A stretch of 64,000 bases of DNA, from NCBI GenBank assembly GCA_000091205.1, contig AP006496.2; one strand, given 5' to 3'. Every line of letters begins with the position of its first letter. Position 1 is the stretch's first letter. The stretch comes from Cyanidioschyzon merolae. Its lineage: Eukaryota. A program made the position numbers and the translations under genes. The notes under the pieces were generated by a model. That model worked only from the letters and a program-made list of their open reading frames with translations, did not search any database and had not been told where the DNA came from. This document shows positions 1-9,461 of the stretch, piece by piece.

Positions 1-20
1 GGAACGGACTCTTACGGCTG

Positions 21-1277
21 TTGGCGACGGCAACGGAGCATCCGTGGAACAAGCCCAGTGCCCAAACTGCTCGTCGACATGCGGAGCAGTTGGTGCATGC
101 TTGCCAGCAACTTGCACCGCTGTCGATGCTCCAGCAGTTGGCCACGAGCACGGCGGTGCTGGTTACCGGAGGTCAAGCGGCTTTCGTGCAGGCCGCCCTG
201 GTTCAACTCGAACGCGTCCTCTGCCAGTGGGCGCTGCTGCTGGACCACGGCGAATGGTTAGCGCCTTTTGGGGTGTCTTTGGAAGCAGCAGCAACAACAA
301 CAACAACAACAGCAACAGCAACAGTAGTAGTAGCGAGAGACGCAGCCGATACCCCAGGCATGTCGAAGGCGCCCGTCGCGCAGCCGTGGCCGCCCCAGGG
401 ACCTGTGCGGGTACTGGTGGACCCATTTCTGTGGCCTGTTGGGGCAGCGAGTCTCGAGCGGTTTACAAGCTCGGATCAGGTGTGCTTTGAGGCGTCTTTA
501 ATCACCACTGGAGAGACGGGCACGCGGCATGTACGTCCAGTGCTCTGGGGCGGTCACTGGCAACGCGGCTTTCGGGCGCCACAACCGGCACCCGCTTCTG
601 CAGCCACTAAAGCATCCAAGGGGCTCTCGATGCCGGCACCACTGACGCTACCCGAGTTATACGGCTGTGGTTTCGTTGTGGATTTGAGTTTGCTGGCTGC
701 CGTGGCCACGATGGGCCTGACGTCTTCGCTGGACTTGTCGAGCCGCTTGCTCGCCTCGGTGTACGTCGGGATGCTGCGCGAGTCCACAGCGACGACAGTC
801 GCACGCGCAGCATCCGCCAGTGTGATGTATCTGGTGCTCCTGGGGCATCTCTGGCGTCAAGGCTGGTGCTGTATCCCCGACGACAACGATGACGACGACG
901 ACAATCATGGTGATGAGGTTGATGATAACAATGTCGGTGATGAAGACGATCATCATGATGACGATGATGACGATGACGAGCACAGCGGCAACGACACCCA
1001 TGGTCTAGCGGGGCGAAGCCTTCACGAACACCTCCAGCGAGCAGGAGCGCGCTCATGTCGTTTTCTGGTGCTCATACGCGCTCACGATGCGTCTGTACTC
1101 GTACGGGAATGTTTGGTTGCCACCAGCGGCGCCGAAGGCGACTCACTTTCGGGTACAGGGCGCCTCGAGAAAGCACGGCAGGTTTGGTTTCCCCTGGAGC
1201 AAGCTGGGCAGTATACAAACGTGGCGCAACGGGTAGCGCAGACGTTACACGACTTGCTACAGCGCCAGGATCGTTAA
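21..1277 (+). CDS. hypothetical protein, probably 5'-partial (frame is open back to the window edge); contains a (CAA/CAG)n-encoded Thr/Ala run and an Asp/His-rich acidic low-complexity insert
   Basis: 418-codon ORF with GC-rich codon usage; no in-frame stop upstream to position 3; no domain recognised. Confidence 0.4.
   Translation: MATATEHPWNKPSAQTARRHAEQLVHACQQLAPLSMLQQLATSTAVLVTGGQAAFVQAALVQLERVLCQWALLLDHGEWLAPFGVSLEAAATTTTTTATATVVVARDAADTPGMSKAPVAQPWPPQGPVRVLVDPFLWPVGAASLERFTSSDQVCFEASLITTGETGTRHVRPVLWGGHWQRGFRAPQPAPASAATKASKGLSMPAPLTLPELYGCGFVVDLSLLAAVATMGLTSSLDLSSRLLASVYVGMLRESTATTVARAASASVMYLVLLGHLWRQGWCCIPDDNDDDDDNHGDEVDDNNVGDEDDHHDDDDDDDEHSGNDTHGLAGRSLHEHLQRAGARSCRFLVLIRAHDASVLVRECLVATSGAEGDSLSGTGRLEKARQVWFPLEQAGQYTNVAQRVAQTLHDLLQRQDR
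286..335. repeat. (CAA/CAG)n microsatellite inside CDS 21..1277
   Basis: direct reading: gcagcagcaacaacaacaacaacaacagcaacagcaacag. Confidence 0.9.
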
Positions 1278-1346
1278 GCGGTATCCGCACAGGGTGCTGA
1301 CGAGGCGGTGAAGCACTGCTGCTCGAGGTGCGGCTACGGGCGTTTG

Positions 1347-1367
1347 TCTGTGTGTGTGTGTGTGTGA
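1347..1367. repeat. (TG)n microsatellite
   Basis: tctgtgtgtgtgtgtgtgtga read directly. Confidence 0.9.
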
Positions 1368-1648
1368 TCCACGTTTCTTCGCTGCCTGCTCAGTCATCGA
1401 GTCGTCGTCGTCCGTAGAGGCATCACCAAACGATGCTGTCTTCGCATGGCAATGATGGAAAACGCAGCTGCTGCTGCATCTCTGCATGGACATGAGCTCC
1501 AGGTCTCTGAGAAACACTGATATGGAGCTCGTGAAACCTCCAAGTGCTGGCAAGGTTCGCGAGCTTGCACCCCTGGTTACAGGCAACACCTGGTGTATCC
1601 GAGGCGATACTGCATTGTTCCGCAGAATCCGCTATATCAAAAGCAGGG

Positions 1649-1694
1649 TGCTGCTGCTGCTGCTGCTGCTGCTACGTCGCGTCGCGTCGCGTCA
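1649..1694. repeat. compound microsatellite (CTG)8 followed by (CGTCG)n
   Basis: gctgctgctgctgctgctgctgctacgtcgcgtcgcgtcgcgtc read directly. Confidence 0.9.
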
Positions 1695-1718
1695 CGAACG
1701 TTCACACTCCTATTGGTG

Positions 1719-3167
1719 TCAAGTTTGGCGTTGGCGTCGGACCCATGTCAATAGGTCCCGCTGGTTAATCAGTGGAAGTTGCGTAGAGGAACGGGAGGAG
1801 GTTTCAGGCAGCGCGGCATCACTGACGACTCGATAAAGCGCTCGTTTGGATCGAAAGTACTCGCGAAAATCGTTCAAATCCCAGTGCAGCTCGCGAACGG
1901 AGCGATTCGATACAACAGACCCTTTCGTTGCGCTCTGGTTTCCCGCGACTAGTAGGAAAAACAAATGGACTTGGTCACGGGCTTTGGCGTAGGTGTAGCC
2001 CATGTCGGAGCGACCATCGCGGTGTTGCTTCAAAAGTTGGACCAGAGCAGTGCGACGAGCTTGCGCGACGGCAGCCGGCTCGCGCTGTTGCTTTGTGATA
2101 AACGCAGGTTGGTTAGCGAACGACGACACCGATGCAACAGCAGACTGCCGCAGTCCAAAATGTGCACTCATCGATCGACACCAGTGTGGACGGGCAAGCG
2201 AATGCTGCGCATACGCATGATCCGCCAGTGCAGTTTCGTGGATCCAGTCATCCGGTGCGGCGGGGCTCGGGGCTTCTCGCGCGTCGCCGGCGCTATCCGC
2301 ACCACCGAGGAAACAACTTCGACAGACTGGGAAGCAGAGCGCGCGCTGCGCTGGACAGTCACGACAAGGTGGTGACGAGGTATCCGTCGCCATGGCGATG
2401 CACCATGCGTCCCAGATGTAGAAGAGGTCTGGCTCGCTCTGTCGAACGCCGCAGCAGTGACAAGGTTCGTGGTATCTCAACAAGCCGTCTTGGGCCAGCT
2501 TCGCTGGAGAGCGTCCAAGGCCAGCGCGGACCCGTGTTCCGCCGATCCGTGACCAGCTTCGCACCGTGTAGAGCGCCCGGCTGAGGGAGCATCCGAACAC
2601 TTGCGCGGCAAGTGTGGTCCAGAAACTGGACCATCGAGCATAGGGAAGCGTTTCGCAAGCCGCTGCACATGCGCCACGTTTCCCACAACTGCCTTGTCCG
2701 CGTTCCAGGACCTCTGCCCAGGTAGGATAGGCGCTCACCAGGGCGTACACGCTGCGCTGTGCCAGCCAGAGTCGCTCGGTTGCACGTCGACTTTCCACAG
2801 CGCTCGGAACTATACATTCAGACTGTGGGTGATTATCATCACAGTTAAAGCTATCGTCAACGTCAACGAACAGGTGGTAGAGAATGCGCAGCCGCAGTTC
2901 CACGGGCAACGTGGTGAAAGGGTCCTTCGCCGCAGTCTCGGGGGCAGCTTCTCCTGCAGCTGAGCGCTGCACCAGACTCCAACGCGGACGCCTTTTCGCA
3001 GACGATTCGAAAGGCACCTCAGCGCCATTGTTACTCGGTATTTCAATCAAATCTTGCAGAAGCAGATTCGTTCCACGTAGCTGGGGTAAGCGCCAGGGTA
3101 CGGTGCGCGACATGAGCGCTGCACAACTACCGCGTGCCTTCAAGTGCAGGAGTCGTACTGGGGACAA
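1719..3167 (-). CDS. hypothetical protein with a possible F-box-like motif (LPVELRLRILYHL)
   Basis: 482-codon ORF; the motif resembles the F-box consensus LPxE(I/L)xxxIxxxL; remainder Cys/Arg-rich and unrecognised. Confidence 0.4.
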   Translation of the reverse strand: MSPVRLLHLKARGSCAALMSRTVPWRLPQLRGTNLLLQDLIEIPSNNGAEVPFESSAKRRPRWSLVQRSAAGEAAPETAAKDPFTTLPVELRLRILYHLFVDVDDSFNCDDNHPQSECIVPSAVESRRATERLWLAQRSVYALVSAYPTWAEVLERGQGSCGKRGACAAACETLPYARWSSFWTTLAAQVFGCSLSRALYTVRSWSRIGGTRVRAGLGRSPAKLAQDGLLRYHEPCHCCGVRQSEPDLFYIWDAWCIAMATDTSSPPCRDCPAQRALCFPVCRSCFLGGADSAGDAREAPSPAAPDDWIHETALADHAYAQHSLARPHWCRSMSAHFGLRQSAVASVSSFANQPAFITKQQREPAAVAQARRTALVQLLKQHRDGRSDMGYTYAKARDQVHLFFLLVAGNQSATKGSVVSNRSVRELHWDLNDFREYFRSKRALYRVVSDAALPETSSRSSTQLPLINQRDLLTWVRRQRQT

Positions 3168-3199
3168 GGAAATGCGCGCCGGATCGACGCGCCGGCTGG

Positions 3200-3935
3200 C
3201 GCTGCGGTTGCGATTTCAAAAATGGATCGTGGGATTTTCCTCAGTTTCATAGAATATATACGTAAATATACATCGATGTTCAAGACTGACAGTGCTGCGG
3301 TTGCGATCTCAAAAATGGATCGATGGGATTTTCCTCAGTTTCATACAATATATACGTCCATATACATAGGTGTTCAAGACTGATAGTGCTGCGGTTGCGA
3401 TCTCAAAAATGGATCGATGGGATTTTCGTTCGTTTCATAGAATATGTACGTAAATATACATCGATGTTCAAGACTGACAGTGCTGCGGTTGCGATCTCAA
3501 AAATGGATCGATGGGATTTTCCTCAGTTTCATACAATATATACGTCCATATACATAGGTGTTCAAGACTGATAGTGCTGCGGTTGCGATCTCAAAAATGG
3601 ATCGATGGGATTTTCCTCAGTTTCATACAATATATACGTCCATATACATAGGTGTTCAAGACTGATAGTGCTGCGGTTGCGATCTCAAAAATGGATCGAT
3701 GGGATTTTCCTCAGTTTCATAGAATATATACGTCCATATACATAGGTGTTCAAGACTGATAGTGCTGCGGTTGCGATCTCAAAAATGGATCGATGGGATT
3801 TTCCTCAGTTTCATAGAATATATACGTCCATATACATATGTGTTCAAGACTGACAGTGCTGCGGTTGCGATCTCAGAAATAGACTGATAAGATTTTCCTC
3901 AGTTTCATAGAATATATACGTACATACGTCACGTA
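3200..3935. repeat. 94-bp tandem satellite, about 7.8 units in two alternating sub-variants
   Basis: unit gctgcggttgcgatctcaaaaatggatcgatgggattttcctcagtttcatacaatatatacgtccatatacataggtgttcaagactgatagt; unit starts at 3200, 3294, 3388, 3482, 3576, 3670, 3764, 3858; the last unit is degenerate. Confidence 0.9.
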
Positions 3936-5169
3936 TACAGACCAGAGATCTCCGAAGGCGCGCTTGCTACCAACGAATGGAAAAGTATCCATTGTTCCAC
4001 ACGTTACTTCCAAGTACTGCTACCCATACGTTCAGTCGGAGGTATGTATCGATGGATGCAGCCAACGTGACGCTAGGATGTGTGTCGCGTAGCGCTTTGA
4101 GGCCTTCCAGCGAGGCTCGCTCCATATCCGTTTGCCTAATATCCTGCTGGGTACTTCGTTCGTTTGCTAATGCGCCTGCGAGCCTGCTTGCTGCTTCGCG
4201 CATCCGCCAGGCCGTTGTCTGCTGTTGCACGCCGTCTTCCACAGAGGGCCAGGTATGGTACGAATCGTTCTGCTGCGTCCATACGTCTCGTGACAAGTTC
4301 AGCATGAAACGCGAGCGAGCACATCTGGCTTTGCTTATCTATCCCAGTAAGTGTGTCGCATAGCAGGTGATATCCGATGGGGCGTCAATGAAAATAACGT
4401 TTGCTCCAGGCGGACGCAGGCGTTGTCGCAAGTACGCCCCATGCTGGATGTGGTACTTGATCGCGTGCATCGATCACAAGCATGAGCATTAGCGTGCGCC
4501 GCGGTCTCATTTCACTCGTGAACCCTCTACCAGACGAATGGAGCACGATCGGCACCTGGAGATTTACGAAGGCCGGCGTTTTCATTTGCATGGCTGAGCA
4601 GGGCCGCAGCCGGTGCCTCTTGGTTTCCGAGTCGCTGCGAAGACCTCGGAGCTACGTTCTGCTGCTGGGAGTATTCGAACGCCTCCAAGATGCGTGCGTG
4701 CGTGCGTGCGTTTTTTGCTCGACTGCTCGTGTTACCGGTGCCCGAGCCGCCGATGCTTGCGTCACCGTTGCTGACGCAATGACGTCGTTTTCCGAGCAAC
4801 GTCTCGAGGAATAACGGGCACAAGCGAACGTTATGACGCAAGCAAGTGCTGAAAGCTCCGGATTTTCGTTTCTGCTGCATCGCTCTCGGTTCCGTGAAGT
4901 GTCTGACGCTCCACAAACCGATGGGATTGCGAATAGATACGCGTTAGAGCGCTTCCATGATGCTAGTTTGCTCTGACGATATCGAGCGTAGGCGTTCGAG
5001 TCTAAAAGTGATATGCATCTCCTCGCATTGTATGGAAATGGTTCTTCTGCTCAGGCGCACCGAAAGCGCGCCACTGGTGCGGCATTCGGGAAAGAGTCTG
5101 TCGCGCCTGATCGCTGGTCCTCGCAGTCCGCGAGACCCGGGCGTCCGCACGGCGCCATAAGTGCCGCAC

Positions 5170-5990
5170 AGGGCGTTCACGGGCGGCATTCGGCACCTGC
5201 AGGACCGCTTGAGGGCGCCAGAGTCTCCGAATCGACGAACCGATCATTGTGACCTGTGGATTTCAAGGTCTGACTCGGACCGATGGACGCACTCCCGGAT
5301 ACGGATAACCATTGGAACGCAGAGGATCCATGGTTCGTGGAAACGATCCTATAGTCTTTCACCTCATTGGTGTTCCATCTCCAGGTTGCTTGTCATCAAA
5401 TGCCGCTTCATTAGGTATACCAGAAGCTTTCAAAGTGCGTTCGTTTCCGAAAATACAAAATCCAAGGGATAGGTATGGAGATGCACGTCGGAGATCTTGG
5501 AGGACCGTCATCGCCGGGTGCCGGAGAAAAACACCGGGGGAAGATGCCTTCTCACTCACCATTGAGCGGAGAGGAGCAGCCAACGAGGAAGATGAAGGAG
5601 AAGCGGGGGAGAGATCGGCGAGAAAAAGAAGTTTATCGGACGGGACGATGACGAGTCTGTAATGACAATGAGGGTACGAGTTCTAGCAATGCTTCCACCT
5701 GTGCGTTCAACTATCGGCAATAAACGCATGAAGTTCGTGAACCTAGACTTTTACGCCGCCATCAGTATCAGGAGATGTGCAGAGCTGAACACGAGACCCG
5801 CGGAGCTGAGGCGATCCAACTTTCTGGGCCAGCTTTTGATGCTCGAACTGTGCAAGTAGAAATTGAGAGCGATAGCAGGGGGCCGGTCTAAAAACACTGG
5901 GAAACTCCTGTGAATAAGCATGAATTTAGACTGTATGATCTTGGGATATATTTCGTTTCGCGGGTCGTCACACACCGAAAATCATACTGC
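5170..5990 (+). mobile_element. family F1 TnpB/Fanzor-like relic, standalone copy L1
   Basis: ORFs 5312..5662 and 5662..5859 encode ...AFSLTIERR... and ...GNKRMKFVNLDFYAAISIRRCAEL.... These align with the module at the 3' end of the Tc1-like element (33658..34170: ...SALAIETNRERRE...GNKCIEFVNRDLNAAIHTRRCAAL) and with copies L3 and L4. The downstream non-coding tail (ggccggtctaaaaacactgg...) is shared. The 5' limit (about 5170) is inferred from a match between antisense ORFs 5177..5362 and 58647..59051. Confidence 0.5.
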
Positions 5991-6454
5991 CCCGACATAC
6001 TGTTCCAGGGCGAGCGCTGCCGCCTCCTCGATCCGGCGAGCGGCCAATAGGAGCAGAGCGCGCGACGCTGTCCCTAAATACCATATTCGTCCCATTATAT
6101 TCATTCAAGTACATTTATGAACAGATGCTCACGGGGTGCAGGCCGCGTCCCCAGGCGCTCGCCCTCTCCTCAATCCAGCCGCTGATCGATACGCCTACTG
6201 GCCAGGTTCTGCAGACTTTTGCTGGCGCTGCGCACCTTCAAAGTCAGGACGTCGAGAAGCACACTTTGTGCAGCAACTGCCACTGCCACGGCTGTTGCTT
6301 CGGGCACGACTTGTTGGGAAACTGCAATCTGTGAGCATCTTGGTTTCTGTCTACTTCATAACGCCTTTACCCCGGATAGGCGTTCTCAAGCGCGCGATAA
6401 CCCCCTGCTGCAACGCCATCGGAAGCACGGATCGCGTGACGCCCCACAGGTTCG

Positions 6455-6925
6455 ATGCGTCGACAGCTCCTCGTACAGTGTCCGAACGGACGTATAGTCT
6501 CCACGAATGTGTTGGCGACGGACTCCCTCGCGGTTGTCCTGTCGCGAGTCACCGGTCTTGACGCCGACGCCGTCTACGGCACCGTGGCTGGTGGCCGACC
6601 AGTAGCGACGCTACGCGACGCGCTGGTAAACTTCACGGATCCAGAGGCGCCCATCGTGATTCAAGCTCATGTGCGGGTGCTTGGCGGTGGAAAGAAACGG
6701 AAGAAGAAGACATACACTACGCCGAAGAAGATCAAACACAAGCACAAGAAAGTGAAACTCGCTACACTGAAATATTACGCAGTGGACGATGCGAACAAGG
6801 TGACCCGGCTGCGGAAAGAATGCCCAAACGAGAGCTGTGGGGCAGGCGTTTTTATGGCTCAACATCGGGACCGCATCTACTGTGGAAAATGCGGACTTAC
6901 CTACGTCCAGGAGGACAACGCGTAA
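6455..6925 (+). CDS. RPS27A: ubiquitin-like-ribosomal protein eS31 (S27a) fusion; the ubiquitin-like moiety is highly divergent
   Basis: C-terminal half [35 protein letters not shown]...[28 protein letters not shown] is canonical eS31 with its C4 zinc ribbon. The N-terminal 78 aa end in LGG and align in length and position to ubiquitin but share little identity. Confidence 0.85.
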   Translation: MRRQLLVQCPNGRIVSTNVLATDSLAVVLSRVTGLDADAVYGTVAGGRPVATLRDALVNFTDPEAPIVIQAHVRVLGGGKKRKKKTYTTPKKIKHKHKKVKLATLKYYAVDDANKVTRLRKECPNESCGAGVFMAQHRDRIYCGKCGLTYVQEDNA

Positions 6926-7169
6926 GCACGGCGCTCTAGCCGCACTCGAAGGAAGAAGCATGTTACCACGTGCACGCCTATCGATCAGGTAAAACTGCAG
7001 ACTTTCGTTTAGAGAGACCGCCACTGACGCTGGCAGGTTTGCGTACGGTCACCCGCGGCAAGCTCCGACCGCAGCCACGCGGCAGGTGCAGCCACGCGCC
7101 CGCTGCCCGCTGCAGCTCACGAGGACCTCGTTAGCGTGCAGGCAGTGCATCGTATTGCACTCGCTGCCG

Positions 7170-7568
7170 CTATGCACGCCGCTCGCCTGGTGGCCGGCCC
7201 GCACCAGCCTCTGTGCGCGTTCCGAGAAGGATGCCCTCGACGTCGCGGTCGCCCCGCCGCGGCGCCCGGGGAATAGTCCGCACTCGACGCTCCTCCTTGG
7301 GCCGAACCCGAACTGTTCGCCGGTGCACTGCACAGGAGACACAGTAGCGTATCTTCATGTACTGTTTGGGCAGCACGTAGTTCTCTATGCATGACGCCTC
7401 CGCGAGATCTCTCAGCGCGCTCGCCTCAACGAGGTTCTTCACTACGAAGCGTTGAATGGCCTTATCTTTCCGAGGACGACCCCCGCAACCGTCACAAATA
7501 ACCGGCCTCGCTTTTCCTCTACCATGACAACCGCCTTTCCTACCGTGATTTCTCCTTTTCTTCACCAT
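7170..7568 (-). CDS. RPS26: ribosomal protein eS26
   Basis: MVKKRRNHGRKGGCHGRGKARPVICDGCGGRPRKDKAIQRFVVKNLVEASALRDLAEAS...YVLPKQYMKIRYCVSCAVH matches the eS26 consensus (MTKKRRNxGR...CxxCxxxVPKDKAIKKF...YVLPKLYxKxxYCVSCAIH); convergent with RPS27A. Confidence 0.85.
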   Translation of the reverse strand: MVKKRRNHGRKGGCHGRGKARPVICDGCGGRPRKDKAIQRFVVKNLVEASALRDLAEASCIENYVLPKQYMKIRYCVSCAVHRRTVRVRPKEERRVRTIPRAPRRGDRDVEGILLGTRTEAGAGRPPGERRA

Positions 7569-7825
7569 GTTCGAACGTTACAATGCCACAAATACGAACG
7601 AATAAAAGACTCCAGTTTGGCGAGCACTGCTGTCTGCGGATCGACCGGCGTTGCGGGGCGAAGGCGCGGCGCACCCCTGCAATGTCACGTGACATCCTGC
7701 ACGCATCGCACAACGCTTTCGCGCACGCTTCCAAGCGACGCTTTCGTAGAGCGCTTTGCACTGGAGCTCACCGGGTGCCCAGGTGTACTTGTCGTCGACC
7801 AGCACCGTATCTGTGACCGGGAGCT

Positions 7826-8383
7826 ATGAACAAGTGGCTCCGTCCAGCGCTGAGAACGACTTTGCGGCTCTGGCGGCGCCAATGGAGCGCGGAAGCGACA
7901 AGCGGTGCGTCTGTGTCAACAGGGGCCAGTTCGCCGTCGAGTGAAGAGGCCGGACGCGTGACACTCAACTTCTTCTGCCCGCACCAGGTGATAGCGAAAA
8001 ATCGACAGGTGGTTTCCGTGATTGTTCCGGCTGCGTCTGGTTTGATGGGAATTCTGCCGAACCACGTTCCGACTGTGGCGCAGATGCGCCCCGGTGTGGT
8101 GACGATCATCGGCGACGGCGGCGCCGAGGAGCGATATTTCGTCAGTAGCGGCTTTACGTTTGTGCACCCGGATCGCACCGATATTTGTGCCGTGGAGGCT
8201 GTGCGAGTCTCAGATATTGATCCAGAGGAGGTATCCAAGGCGCTGGCGGACTGCGAGGCTAAACTGGCTTCGTCGTCGTCGTCGGCAGCAGCGGGCACTG
8301 CCGAGGCGCAGCGAGCTGCAGTCGCGCAAATCGGCGTTGACGTGTACCTGGCTATGCAGGGTGTGGTTTCCGGAACCCGCTAG
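7826..8383 (+). CDS. mitochondrial F1 ATP synthase delta subunit (bacterial epsilon homologue), with an Arg-rich N-terminal presequence
   Basis: LNFFCPHQVIAKNRQVVSVIVPAASGLMGILPNHVPTVAQMRPGVVTI...RYFVSSGFTFV matches the delta/epsilon beta-sandwich consensus (VFFxxAxVxQVDVPTxxGxFGILxxHVPTxxxLxPGxV...YFVSSG); N-terminus MNKWLRPALRTTLRLWRRQW. Confidence 0.75.
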   Translation: MNKWLRPALRTTLRLWRRQWSAEATSGASVSTGASSPSSEEAGRVTLNFFCPHQVIAKNRQVVSVIVPAASGLMGILPNHVPTVAQMRPGVVTIIGDGGAEERYFVSSGFTFVHPDRTDICAVEAVRVSDIDPEEVSKALADCEAKLASSSSSAAAGTAEAQRAAVAQIGVDVYLAMQGVVSGTR

Positions 8384-9461
8384 GCATGAGAGCGTTCAAT
8401 TTGAATGAAGATGTCCCGCTCGGTTCGTGCTGTTGAACGCGACGAGAGCATGGCGCCACGAACGGAACGTCCACGGCGGGATTCGTAGGCCCGCATGCGC
8501 TCGACTTTGCGCCTTCGCTTCAGGCAGTGATACGCGGTTCGGATTGGCGTTTTATTGTCGAGCTTGTGTCACGTTAGGCATTGGTGCATTGCGCATGCCT
8601 CGCGTCCAAGTCAAGAGGAAGCATGAGCCTCCGAGTAGGTTGTCCGGTCTGCGGTTGATGCTTCGGCGGTGAGCATGCAGCTAATGCAGCGCAGTTTACA
8701 GCGCTGGTGCAGTACGCGGTGCTTTGAACTCTGGGGATTCGCGCGGAGAACATCGCTGCTCGTGTGCGAGAGCGTCCACTCATATGGCAGGACCCTCGCC
8801 CGTTTGATCGGTACGATGGGCCGAAGAACGGCATTGATAGGCGGTGCAAATCAAGATTGCAGTTATCAACGGACGTATGCGGCGATCGCTCGAACGAGCG
8901 AGCTGCCGACATTTGCCAGTGGTACAACACGAAGCCCGAGAATACCGGTGCGGCCCACGTTCCAGCACTGTATTGATGGCTCGTACCGGGCTATGCACCC
9001 ATCACAGGAAATCTGCTCTGCAGCAGCAGCAGATGAATCCTTGGTGACGCCGCGCAACATACATCGAAGATAAAGCCGTGCAGCGAATACATGGAAAGCT
9101 TCTTTGTTGTCGCCACGACTTGCGCGCTTCGTAGTTCGACATGGTGGTCAGAGTCCAGGTGCATGGGTTTACCGGCATGACTTCGAGACGCTCACCGTCC
9201 CGAGCGCAGAGCAGACAGCGCGACTGGCCCTTAGTGCAGTGGATTCAAGCACAAAAATCTACGCGATTTCAGTATCGGTGCAGAAATCCCGCATACGAGC
9301 AGGACGACATCTCGACGCACTACTCGACACTGAACTTATCTGTGTGCGAGCTCCCACTGATCCTTTAACTCCAGAGCAAACCGAACCCAGATCACGCCCC
9401 GTTCGATATACGCGCATCATACTCTATGTTGATACCGTGGACTGGTCGCTGGCAACAGTAT

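Noticed and set aside
3200-3935. Regular 94-bp repeat array, considered as a possible CRISPR array
   Set aside because: Units are directly contiguous with no unique spacers between them. The context is eukaryotic nuclear DNA with no cas genes. It is a satellite or minisatellite.
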